A DNA stretch of 64,000 nucleotides from a virus (lineage: Duplodnaviria; Caudoviricetes): positions 1-64,000 of IMG/VR virus record IMGVR_UViG_3300032138_000942, one strand, 5' to 3'. Made by a program: the position numbers and the translations under genes. Positions 17,381 through 26,201 of this stretch are shown piece after piece (positions within the stretch are counted from its first letter, which is position 1; every line of letters begins with the position of its first letter). Under the pieces are notes generated by a model. That model was not told the origin of the DNA. It ran no database searches and saw nothing but the letters and a program-made list of their open reading frames with translations.

Positions 17381-18268
17381 ATGATTACCTTTTATCAACT
17401 TGGACAACTTGGACGCCTCGGCAACCAGCTTTTTCAATATGCTGCTCTTCGGGGCCTTAGTCTTGAACGAGGATACACAGCCAAGATTCCCCACCCCGAC
17501 ACAAGATCCTGGCACGGCCAGTCATGCCTTTTGGAGAGTTTTAATATTGAAGCGGAATATTATCAAGAACCAGAGCTACTGACAATCAAACAGGCATATA
17601 ATGAACCGGATTATATGAAGTATGACAGCCGATTTTATCAAATTCCAGACAACACTAATTTGACTGGATTTTTTCAAAGCACATTTTATTTTCAAGGACA
17701 TGAAGACCAGATCAAAAAAGAACTAACCCCCCACGCCGATCTAATGAAGAGCGCCTCAGCAACCATGGCAAAAATTAAAAGGGACCATCCTGGTTATAAA
17801 ATCGTTTCTCTTCATTTAAGGCGTGGAGACAATACGGACAACACAGATTCTGGTCAAGTGGAGCTTAATAATTCATATGGTGGAGAAGATCTCACAGAAG
17901 ATAGTTTTTATTATCAATATTATAAAAAAGCCACTGATATTTTTAAGGAAGAGAGAGTAAAATACTTAATCTTTTCGGGAGGAAAAAGAGAATCAGATGA
18001 TAATAGTGAAGATATGGAGTGGTGTAAAAGAAATTTTGTGGGAGATAATTTTTTATTTTCCGAAGGGAAAAGCACAATGGAAGATTTTTGCTTAATAATA
18101 TCGTGTGATTATAATATAATAAGTCATGTCAGTAGTTTTGGGTGGTGGGCAGCCTATTTGAATCCAAGTGAAGATAAGAAAGTGGTCGCCCCTTTACAAT
18201 ACCACCCTGATAGATTAGATATAAATTATAGAGAAGGGTTTTACCCCGAGGAATGGATATTAGTATGA
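17381..18268 (+). CDS. GT11 alpha-1,2-fucosyltransferase-like
   Basis: GRLGNQLFQYA, GFFQS, HLRRGD, SSFGWWAAYL. Confidence 0.9.
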   Translation: MITFYQLGQLGRLGNQLFQYAALRGLSLERGYTAKIPHPDTRSWHGQSCLLESFNIEAEYYQEPELLTIKQAYNEPDYMKYDSRFYQIPDNTNLTGFFQSTFYFQGHEDQIKKELTPHADLMKSASATMAKIKRDHPGYKIVSLHLRRGDNTDNTDSGQVELNNSYGGEDLTEDSFYYQYYKKATDIFKEERVKYLIFSGGKRESDDNSEDMEWCKRNFVGDNFLFSEGKSTMEDFCLIISCDYNIISHVSSFGWWAAYLNPSEDKKVVAPLQYHPDRLDINYREGFYPEEWILV

Positions 18269-18960
18269 ATTTAGTTTTTGATATAGGATTTAACAAAGGT
18301 GAGTTTACTCACGAGTGTTTGAGACAATACCCCGATTGTAAAATTGTTGGGGTTGAAGCCAATCTCCGATTGTGTGAAGACGCCCCTCGCCATCCCAACC
18401 TCACTATTATTCATGCCGTTGCATCCGATAAAATTGATCAAAAAGTGGAGTTCTTCATTGAGCCTGGTCAAGATGGCATTTCCACAGCCTCTAAAAGTTT
18501 TATGGAAAATTCACGGTTTACAAAAGGGAGTTTATATCTCCACCCTAATTCGGCCCATTGGCTTCCCCCCATTGAGGTTAACTCCACGACAGTCGACAAT
18601 ATTATAGATCGATTCGGAAAGCCATCATTGATTAAAATAGATGTGGAGGGTTACGAATACGAGGTCATCAGAGGCCTCAACCAAAAAAGCGGCCAAATTT
18701 GTTTTGAGTGGCATGAGGAAGGATATGATATTTTATTGAAGACTATCTCACACTTACGAAGTATTGGTTATGAAAAATTTGGCATGATTGGGTATATGGA
18801 AGAGGGTGACGTGTTTGAGAGGGTAACCTACTCGGAGAAAGGAGATCCATATTTGGAGGAACCCAATGAATATTTTTCGTGGGAAGAACTCAAAGAAGAA
18901 ATGGACACTTTTTGTAAGCCAGAACGCCGAGTTGATTATGGAATGATATGGTGTAAATAA
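18265..18960 (+). CDS. FkbM-family methyltransferase
   Basis: FDIGFNKG, VEAN, IKIDVEGYE. Confidence 0.9.
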   Translation: MNLVFDIGFNKGEFTHECLRQYPDCKIVGVEANLRLCEDAPRHPNLTIIHAVASDKIDQKVEFFIEPGQDGISTASKSFMENSRFTKGSLYLHPNSAHWLPPIEVNSTTVDNIIDRFGKPSLIKIDVEGYEYEVIRGLNQKSGQICFEWHEEGYDILLKTISHLRSIGYEKFGMIGYMEEGDVFERVTYSEKGDPYLEEPNEYFSWEELKEEMDTFCKPERRVDYGMIWCK

Positions 18961-19901
18961 TGAAGATAGTTTCAGACATGTCTGGAGATTACGCCGATGG
19001 CGTCCCGGCCCACTTGAAATTGGAAGAGCACTCCCTGGAGAGTAACAAAGAGGTTCTATTTTATGGATATAGTTCGGTGGAAAACCCCTCTATTCAAAAG
19101 ACTTATGAGTCCTTTGGAAGAAAAGCGTTACTAAACTTGTGGGCTCCTTGTGAATACATGAACCAGGGGGATAGGCACGGTCGACATGCCATGGGTCAAG
19201 TTAATTTTTTCGATGAAGTCTACACCATCTGCCCCCACACTATAGAATGGCACAAGACCCATTTTGAGGGACCCAGTTACAAATATATCTTCCATCCGTT
19301 TGATGGAAGTTATTCTCCGAAAGATTATGAAAAAGATGCCGATGTTTGCTATTTTGGAGGCGTCCACGGACAAGATCACGTAGAGATGCTTAAGGCGATG
19401 GTCCGGTTTGACTATAGGCTGATATCGATGAGAAACAACCGCCTTGTGACTCACCACAACGTACCTCACCGAACAAAGCTTGATTTAGTGGCAAAAACAA
19501 AAATTAGCCTGTGTTGTAATCTTCTTCCTCTAGAGGACATTCATATCGGATTCATTAAACAGTATCCGAGGTGGGATAAAAACGAAGCATTTTCTCACGT
19601 AGATAAGCGTATCGCCCCTCAATATAAGTGCCGAGCAGCGGAGGCAGCTTTTTGTCGAAGCTTGTTGATGGTTAAGAGAGATCCGTGGAACCTTATTGAA
19701 CACTACTTTGTGCCCGACGAAGAATTCATTTATTTTGACAGCAAAGAAGACTTAGTCGAAAAGATTACAGAAGTGTTGGCAAATTATGACAAATATGAAG
19801 GGATGATCGAAAAAGCATATCAACGATCTTTAAACTATACATCCAAGCCATTAGTTGATATAATACGAAACAAACAGGAGTGGAAGCATTTAAATGTATG
19901 A
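18960..19901 (+). CDS. CgeB-like GT-B glycosyltransferase
   Basis: DVCYFG, KxRxxEA, F.PDEEFIYF...L.EKI in the C-terminal domain. Confidence 0.65.
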   Translation: MKIVSDMSGDYADGVPAHLKLEEHSLESNKEVLFYGYSSVENPSIQKTYESFGRKALLNLWAPCEYMNQGDRHGRHAMGQVNFFDEVYTICPHTIEWHKTHFEGPSYKYIFHPFDGSYSPKDYEKDADVCYFGGVHGQDHVEMLKAMVRFDYRLISMRNNRLVTHHNVPHRTKLDLVAKTKISLCCNLLPLEDIHIGFIKQYPRWDKNEAFSHVDKRIAPQYKCRAAEAAFCRSLLMVKRDPWNLIEHYFVPDEEFIYFDSKEDLVEKITEVLANYDKYEGMIEKAYQRSLNYTSKPLVDIIRNKQEWKHLNV

Positions 19902-20841
19902 CGTGAAAAACAAAAATATCTTAATTACGGGAGGAACTGGCTTTCTGGGAAAGAACATCGTCCCCATCTTGGAAGAAAGAGGGGCGACCGTGACAGCCAC
20001 AGGGAGAAACTACGACCTCTCGGATTATTCTAAAGCTAAAGAGCTTTTTACATTAAAAAGATATGACCTGATTATCCATGGAGCAGCTTTTCAAGGAGCA
20101 GGCGACTTCCCATTAAAATATCCAGCCGATCAATTTATGATCAATAATCTAATTCACACTCACGCCCTTCACATGTGGAAACAGCATCAGCCCCAGGCCC
20201 GTTTTGTTGGAATTGGAAGCACTTGTTCATATCCAGGGAATCTCACTGTGTTGTCAGAGGATGATTACTTTACAGGCCCGCTTCATAAATCGGTGGAGAC
20301 ATATGGTCTCACCAAATGTGTCTTACAAAAAGGAATCGAGGCATATAAAAAACAATATAAGCTCCAGGGAACCACGGTGGTTTTTGCCACCTTATATGGC
20401 CCCCACGATGAGTTTGACCTTGAAAAGAGTCATGTTGTATCTGCTTTGGTGAAAAAGTTTTGTGATGCAAAAGAGAACAACAGCCCTGAAGTGGAAATTT
20501 GGGGTGACGGAACCCAAACGAGAGAGTTAATTTATATTGAGGACCAAATCAACGGGTTACTTACAACGTGTGAGCATGATGGGGGCCTAATCAACATTGG
20601 AACAGGCATCGAGACTTCTATCCGAGATTTGGCAGAGACCATTAACGAACTTACAGGATATGAAGGAAGGGTTTGTTATAACACAGATCGATTTGTCGGC
20701 GTCAAGCGAAAAGTATTAGATATTTCATTAGCCCAGGAACTTTATGGATGGACAGTCAGTGAAGAAACAAAGCTCACCTCTCTCAGAGAAGGGCTGAAAA
20801 GAACCATCGACTGGTATAGAGCCACTTATTTGGAGAAATAA
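19894..20841 (+). CDS. fcl: GDP-L-fucose synthase-like epimerase/reductase (paralog 1)
   Basis: GGTGFLG, GSTCSYP, YGLTK, LYGPHD, SHV..L..KF, WGDG..TRE. Confidence 0.82.
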   Translation: MYDVKNKNILITGGTGFLGKNIVPILEERGATVTATGRNYDLSDYSKAKELFTLKRYDLIIHGAAFQGAGDFPLKYPADQFMINNLIHTHALHMWKQHQPQARFVGIGSTCSYPGNLTVLSEDDYFTGPLHKSVETYGLTKCVLQKGIEAYKKQYKLQGTTVVFATLYGPHDEFDLEKSHVVSALVKKFCDAKENNSPEVEIWGDGTQTRELIYIEDQINGLLTTCEHDGGLINIGTGIETSIRDLAETINELTGYEGRVCYNTDRFVGVKRKVLDISLAQELYGWTVSEETKLTSLREGLKRTIDWYRATYLEK

Positions 20842-21783
20842 ATGAGTTCAGATTTTTGGAAAGATAAAAGGGTTTTGGTCACTGGAGGGAACGGCTTCGT
20901 TGGCAAAAACTTGATGATTAAACTTCAATCGGTGGGAGCCGAGAAGGTGTACGCCCCTCGAAGCACTGAGTGTGACTTGACGGAAAAGATAAATGTTGAT
21001 CTGCTTTTTGAAACTTATCGCCCTCATATTGCCATTCATCTGGCTGGCAAGGTGGGGGGCATATATGCCAACAAAACTTTGCCTGGTGAGTTCTTTTATA
21101 AAAACATTATAATGGGAACGCTAGTCATGGACGCCGCTTATAACTACGGATGTGAAAAGACAGTTGCTCTTGCTGCCGGATGTGGATATCCCAAAAATAT
21201 AGAAGTGCCCTATTCGGAAGAAGATTTCTGGAAGGGGCTTCCTGATGAAAACACCAGAGCCTATTCTATGGCCAAGAAAAATCTGATTATTCAATCATGG
21301 GCTTACCGAGAACAATATGGCTTTAACTCCACGATCTTATTGCCTGCCAATTTATATGGGCCTCATGACAACTTTGATTTAGAAATGTCACATGTTGTGC
21401 CTGCTCTCGTTAGAAAATTTGTTGAAGCCAAAGAGAACGGAGACAAACATGTGGTTGTTTGGGGCACTGGAGTTGCAACTCGAGAGTTTTTATATGTCGA
21501 AGACACAGTTCAGGCCATCCTGGACATAACCGAAAAGTGTGATGAAAGCGGCCCCTTTAATCTGGGGACAGGAAAGGAAACCTCCATTAAAGAGTTGGTC
21601 GAAACTATTTCTCGACTGGTGGAGTTTGATGGAGATATTGTTTGGGACACCACAAAGCCAAATGGCCAGTTAAGAAGGTTTTACGACATGTCGAAGTTTG
21701 AGGAAACGGTGGGATATGTCCCCGGCACCACACTTGAAGAGGGTTTACGACAAACAATTGACTGGTATAAAATTAATAAATGA
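20842..21783 (+). CDS. fcl: GDP-L-fucose synthase-like epimerase/reductase (paralog 2)
   Basis: GGNGFVG, KVGGIYAN, YSMAK, NLYGPHDNF, SHVVPAL, WGTG..TREF. Confidence 0.88.
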   Translation: MSSDFWKDKRVLVTGGNGFVGKNLMIKLQSVGAEKVYAPRSTECDLTEKINVDLLFETYRPHIAIHLAGKVGGIYANKTLPGEFFYKNIIMGTLVMDAAYNYGCEKTVALAAGCGYPKNIEVPYSEEDFWKGLPDENTRAYSMAKKNLIIQSWAYREQYGFNSTILLPANLYGPHDNFDLEMSHVVPALVRKFVEAKENGDKHVVVWGTGVATREFLYVEDTVQAILDITEKCDESGPFNLGTGKETSIKELVETISRLVEFDGDIVWDTTKPNGQLRRFYDMSKFEETVGYVPGTTLEEGLRQTIDWYKINK

Positions 21784-22781
21784 GTTTTTGGCACAGTAAG
21801 GAAGTCCTCATCACAGGGGCAGCAGGGTTCATTGGCTCCAATTTGGCAGAAGACCTGTTGGGCGAAGGAGCCCGACTAACTTTGGTTGACAATCTGGAAA
21901 GAGGAAAGGTCGAATATATTGAACATATTTTAGGAGAGGTGGAGTTTATTGTTGAAGACCTCAGAAATGAAGAGTTCTGTAATAAAATATGTGAGGGAAA
22001 AGACATCGTTATTCATCTGGCCTCGAAGGTGGGAGGAATTGGATATTACACGTCTAAGCCATACCAGGTCATCAATGCCAATACTCAGATTGATTCTAAC
22101 GTTTTAAATGCCGTAATTGCCAATGGAATAAATTATTATTGTTATGCCAGCAGTGCCCATGTTTATCCTATTGAATTACAAGGAACGGCTGATTCTCCTC
22201 TTATATTAGAGGCAGAGGCTTATCCGGCAAATCCTGAACTTTCTTATGGGTGGGCAAAGTTGGTGGCCGAGAAACAAATAGAATATGCCTGTGTGGAAAA
22301 TCCTAATTTAAATGTGGCAATTGCTCGTTATATCGGGATATATGGCAAAAACCAAGATTACGGGCTGGATACTGGATCTGTAATTCCTGTTTTTTGTAAT
22401 AGAGCTATAACTTATCCAGATATTAATTTTAATGTGTGGGGAACTGGCCAAGAGACTCGTTCTTATTGTTATATTCAGGACGCGATTGACGGAACAAAGT
22501 TGATGATCGAGAATCTGCTTAACAAACAGATCGTGGGGCCGTATAATGTGGGACAACAGTCAAGAATAACAATAGAAGATATTGCTCATTTGGTTATTAA
22601 CACATCGGGCAAAGACATCCCTATTGAGTTTGATAAAACCAAAGAAACTCTAATCTGGGGCCAGTGGTGTGATTGTTCAAAGATAAAACAGGAAATTGGG
22701 TGGGAAGCCACCACTCCATTAGCCGAAGGTCTTTTGAGCGTATATTCGGATGTTGAACGGAGATTAAAAAATGAAAAATAG
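21780..22781 (+). CDS. GDP-mannose 3,5-epimerase-like extended SDR
   Basis: GAAGFIG, DLR, VGGIGY, ASSA.VYP, YGWAK, WGxGxETRSY. Confidence 0.75.
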   Translation: MSFWHSKEVLITGAAGFIGSNLAEDLLGEGARLTLVDNLERGKVEYIEHILGEVEFIVEDLRNEEFCNKICEGKDIVIHLASKVGGIGYYTSKPYQVINANTQIDSNVLNAVIANGINYYCYASSAHVYPIELQGTADSPLILEAEAYPANPELSYGWAKLVAEKQIEYACVENPNLNVAIARYIGIYGKNQDYGLDTGSVIPVFCNRAITYPDINFNVWGTGQETRSYCYIQDAIDGTKLMIENLLNKQIVGPYNVGQQSRITIEDIAHLVINTSGKDIPIEFDKTKETLIWGQWCDCSKIKQEIGWEATTPLAEGLLSVYSDVERRLKNEK

Positions 22782-23178
22782 AAAATACTTACCAACCTTA
22801 TCTGAGCTTGTCGATAGATTGTCGATTGCTCAACTTAAAGAAGTCTTTATTGCCGAGCACAAAGAAGAATACGCTCAGGAAATACAAGATATTGTCCACG
22901 ACATTCAACTTTGTTTGGACGAAAATAAAGGAAACATCACAGCCGACACAATCAGGGCCATTGTTGTCCTCTCACAGATGAACCTTCATATCTGGCATAA
23001 TGAATCAAATTACCGTAAAGGAATAAAAGATGGGAATAATCTTGAATTAACTCATGGACTTAACGGGATACGAAACACCGCCAAAAACAAGATTCAAGAA
23101 ATTGTGGGAGGCAGGAAGGATTATAAGATTGATTGTTTAGCTGCCGACTTTAAGGATTGGGAAATTAGCTGGGAATGA
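22771..23178 (+). CDS. helical hypothetical protein (DUF4254-like DRLSIxxLK motif)
   Basis: LSELVDRLSIAQLK; IWHxE; NxxRxxxK. Confidence 0.5.
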   Translation: MKNRKYLPTLSELVDRLSIAQLKEVFIAEHKEEYAQEIQDIVHDIQLCLDENKGNITADTIRAIVVLSQMNLHIWHNESNYRKGIKDGNNLELTHGLNGIRNTAKNKIQEIVGGRKDYKIDCLAADFKDWEISWE

Positions 23179-23927
23179 AAGTTCTTGTGATAGGAGATGC
23201 CTGTGAAGATGTCTATGTTTACGGGAAGTGTGACCGGTTAGCCCCAGAAGCTCCGGTCCCTGTTTTTAAAAAGGTTCATGAAAAGAGAAACGGGGGTATG
23301 GCCCTTAACGTCTTGAACAATCTTGAGGCTCTCGGGGTTGAATGTAAGATACTTCATAATAACGAAAATATAGAGAAAACACGATATGTGGACACCCAAA
23401 CTAACCACATCTTTATCCGAATTGATTCCGACGAAGACAATATCCAACGAATCGATAAAGAATTTCTCACTAAAGAATTTCTTAATCAATATAAAGCCGT
23501 TGTTATATCGGATTACGATAAGGGGTTTTTAGCGGAAGAGGACATAGAAAAGATTTGTTTTTATCACCCTCTAACTTTTATGGACACCAAGAAAAAGTTA
23601 GGAAGATGGGCCGAGGATTGCAAATGGATAAAGATCAACGAACCCGAATATGAAGCCACCAGGGACTTAATTCAAGAGAGAATGTATGTATTCGATGACA
23701 AACTAATAGTCACTTTGGGATCTCACGGGTGCCGATATCAAGAAGAGACCTATCCAGTTGGCAAGGTGGAGATTAAAGACCTCGTGGGAGCAGGGGACAC
23801 ATTCTTGGCAGGCTTTGTGTCAAAATATTTGGAAAACAGAGATGTCGAAGAATCATTAAAATTTGCCAACGATTGTGCTACAATAGTGGTTCAGCAAAAA
23901 GGAGTTAACATTGTTGAACGAACTTAA
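23175..23927 (+). CDS. PfkB-family kinase, RfaE/HldE kinase-domain (HldA)-like
   Basis: VIGD...D.Y.YG..DRL.PEAPVPV, GG.A.NV..NL, SDYDKG, D.VGAGDT. Confidence 0.88.
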   Translation: MKVLVIGDACEDVYVYGKCDRLAPEAPVPVFKKVHEKRNGGMALNVLNNLEALGVECKILHNNENIEKTRYVDTQTNHIFIRIDSDEDNIQRIDKEFLTKEFLNQYKAVVISDYDKGFLAEEDIEKICFYHPLTFMDTKKKLGRWAEDCKWIKINEPEYEATRDLIQERMYVFDDKLIVTLGSHGCRYQEETYPVGKVEIKDLVGAGDTFLAGFVSKYLENRDVEESLKFANDCATIVVQQKGVNIVERT

Positions 23928-24204
23928 AGAATATTATCAATATTATCTTACACTACATCAGAATAGATGGAATAGGCGCCTTCATGCTGTGGGACAGGTT
24001 TGTACTATCCTATTTGTGGCATGGTGCTTGAATAACTCATTGTTATTGCTGGCCCTGGCACCGTTTGTTGTTTATCCATTTGCCTGGACAGGCCACCTTG
24101 TTTTTGAAAAAAACAAACCAGCAGCATGGAGCAGGCCTTTATTTGCTAAATTGTGTGATTGGATTATGTTAAAGGATATGATAATGGGAAGACTTGAGAA
24201 ATGA
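23911..24204 (+). CDS. DUF962/Mpo1-like small membrane protein
   Basis: YL..H.N..NRRLH.VG and AW.GH..FEKNKPA. Confidence 0.8.
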   Translation: MLNELKEYYQYYLTLHQNRWNRRLHAVGQVCTILFVAWCLNNSLLLLALAPFVVYPFAWTGHLVFEKNKPAAWSRPLFAKLCDWIMLKDMIMGRLEK

Positions 24205-25127
24205 AAATATTAATTACAGGAGGAGCCGGATATATTGGCAGCGAGCTAATCAACTATTTGATTCCAAACCATGAGGTTCTTGTGGTGGATAACTTGATGT
24301 ATGACAAAACCTCTCTGCTTCGATATGTTGGGAAATGTAATTTTCATTTTGAGAAAGGCGACGTAAGAAGCCAAGGTCTGATGAAAAAATATATGGCAAA
24401 GTGTGATGTAATCATCCCTTTGGCTGCTCTAGTCGGATTTCCATTATGTGACCGAATGCCTAAAGATGCCGTAGAAATCAACTATGAAGCAAACAAATGG
24501 ATTGCTGAAAATAAGTCAAAAGATCAAAGGGTTATTTATCCCTGTACGAATTCGGGATATGGCAAAAGCCTTGACGGAGAACCGATCACCGAATCGGCCC
24601 CTTTAAACCCCATTTCCCTTTATGGAAAGACCAAGGTCGACGCAGAAACAGTTTATAGAAATACCGATAACTGCTGTACTTATCGATTAGCCACGGTCTA
24701 TGGTCCGTCTACACGACCGAGAACTGATTTACTTGTGAACAACTTTGTCCTCAAGGCCTTAAAAGATCGAGTTCTTGTGCTTTATGAATGTGGGTTCATG
24801 AGAAACTATGTTCATATTTGGGATATTTGTCGCTCATTTAAATATGCCATTGACTGGTGGGACCTGTTCGAGAATGAAACATTCAATGTTGGAAATGACG
24901 AGATAAACATGAATAAACTTCAATTAGCTGAAAAGATTGCCGATCATCTCCCGCTGGAAATTATAAAAGCGGAGTTCACATCAGATCCAGATAAAAGAGA
25001 CTATACTGTCAGCAGTGAAAAAATGTATGAAACAGGATTTGGTTGTGCTTATAATTTGGATATTGGCATTGAACAGCTAATTCAGATGTATTCCATGCTG
25101 GACAGCCCATGGCATGCCAATTATTAG
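24201..25127 (+). CDS. NAD-dependent epimerase/dehydratase
   Basis: GGAGYIG, LAALVG.P.C, YGKTK, RLATVYG.S.R.R.DL.VN. Confidence 0.9.
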   Translation: MKILITGGAGYIGSELINYLIPNHEVLVVDNLMYDKTSLLRYVGKCNFHFEKGDVRSQGLMKKYMAKCDVIIPLAALVGFPLCDRMPKDAVEINYEANKWIAENKSKDQRVIYPCTNSGYGKSLDGEPITESAPLNPISLYGKTKVDAETVYRNTDNCCTYRLATVYGPSTRPRTDLLVNNFVLKALKDRVLVLYECGFMRNYVHIWDICRSFKYAIDWWDLFENETFNVGNDEINMNKLQLAEKIADHLPLEIIKAEFTSDPDKRDYTVSSEKMYETGFGCAYNLDIGIEQLIQMYSMLDSPWHANY

Positions 25128-25136
25128 GAGAATGGA

Positions 25137-25529
25137 ATGATAAAAGTGTGGGTAAATGGATGTTTCGATGTTTTACACAGGGGGCACATTGAGATGCTTA
25201 AATACGCTAAATCCTTGGGCGACGAACTGGTCGTTGGCCTTGATTCCGACAGGAGAGTCCGAGAAGCAAAGGGCCTTGATCGACCTTATAATATTCTTCA
25301 AGACAGAGAATACATTGTTAGTTCTTTGAGATATGTGGATGAGGTGGTGTCATTCGGCTCCGACGAACAACTGAAACAACATTTACAGAATCACGATATC
25401 GATATTATGGTCGTGGGGTCCGATTGGGCTGGAAAGCCCATTGTTGGATCGGACGTGGTTCCCCATATTCACTATTTTAGGAGGATTGGTAACTTTTCGA
25501 CAACAAATATTTTGGAGAATAAAAGATGA
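25137..25529 (+). CDS. RfaE/HldE nucleotidyltransferase-domain (HldC)-like protein
   Basis: NGCFDVLHRGH, GLDSD..V...KG..RP, C-terminal STT. Confidence 0.88.
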   Translation: MIKVWVNGCFDVLHRGHIEMLKYAKSLGDELVVGLDSDRRVREAKGLDRPYNILQDREYIVSSLRYVDEVVSFGSDEQLKQHLQNHDIDIMVVGSDWAGKPIVGSDVVPHIHYFRRIGNFSTTNILENKR

Positions 25530-25849
25530 TTTATGTAGTTGATATTGATGGCACGATCTGTGACATGTCAGAAAATAACGATTATCAAAGGTGTGCCCCA
25601 AATGTTGTCCGAATTGAGAGGCTCAACAGTCTTTATGACGAGGGAAATACAATAATTTATCAAACAGCCAGAGGAATGGGGCGTCACAACAATAATCCCC
25701 TTCTGGCAATACAGGAGTTTTATAAGCTGACAATGGAACAACTAGAGTCTTGGGGCGCAAAATATCATCACTTGGTCCTTGGCAAACCAGCCGGGGATGT
25801 TTATATTGATGATAAAGGAGTGAAAGATGTCGACTTCTTCGTCGAATAA
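25526..25849 (+). CDS. minimal HAD-family phosphatase
   Basis: DIDGT, TARG, GKP, YIDD. Confidence 0.82.
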   Translation: MIYVVDIDGTICDMSENNDYQRCAPNVVRIERLNSLYDEGNTIIYQTARGMGRHNNNPLLAIQEFYKLTMEQLESWGAKYHHLVLGKPAGDVYIDDKGVKDVDFFVE

Positions 25850-26201
25850 AACACCAGAAATGAAATTTGTAAAGAAAGGCTGGGGCCATGAGCTTTGGAT
25901 CGTAAACAAAAAAGAATACTGTGGCAAACTGCTTTTCTTTGAAGAGGGAAAAAGGTGCTCCTGGCACCATCATAAAATTAAGGACGAGGTATTTTACTTA
26001 CAATCCGGCAGACTTTTAGTTAAGTTTTCAGAATATGATGATGTAGATTTAGCCGAAGAGCTTATTTTGGAGCCAGGACAAAACTTCTATATCTATCAGG
26101 GGTTACGTCATCAGATGATCGCTCTGGAAGATTCCGAATTATTTGAGTTTTCGACAGAACATTTCGATTCAGACTCTCACAGAATTGTGAAGGGGGACTG
26201 A
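25827..26201 (+). CDS. cupin (sugar isomerase/epimerase-like)
   Basis: KGWGHE, SxHxHxxKxE, H in the second cupin motif; start may be the ATG at 25860. Confidence 0.8.
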   Translation: MSTSSSNKTPEMKFVKKGWGHELWIVNKKEYCGKLLFFEEGKRCSWHHHKIKDEVFYLQSGRLLVKFSEYDDVDLAEELILEPGQNFYIYQGLRHQMIALEDSELFEFSTEHFDSDSHRIVKGD

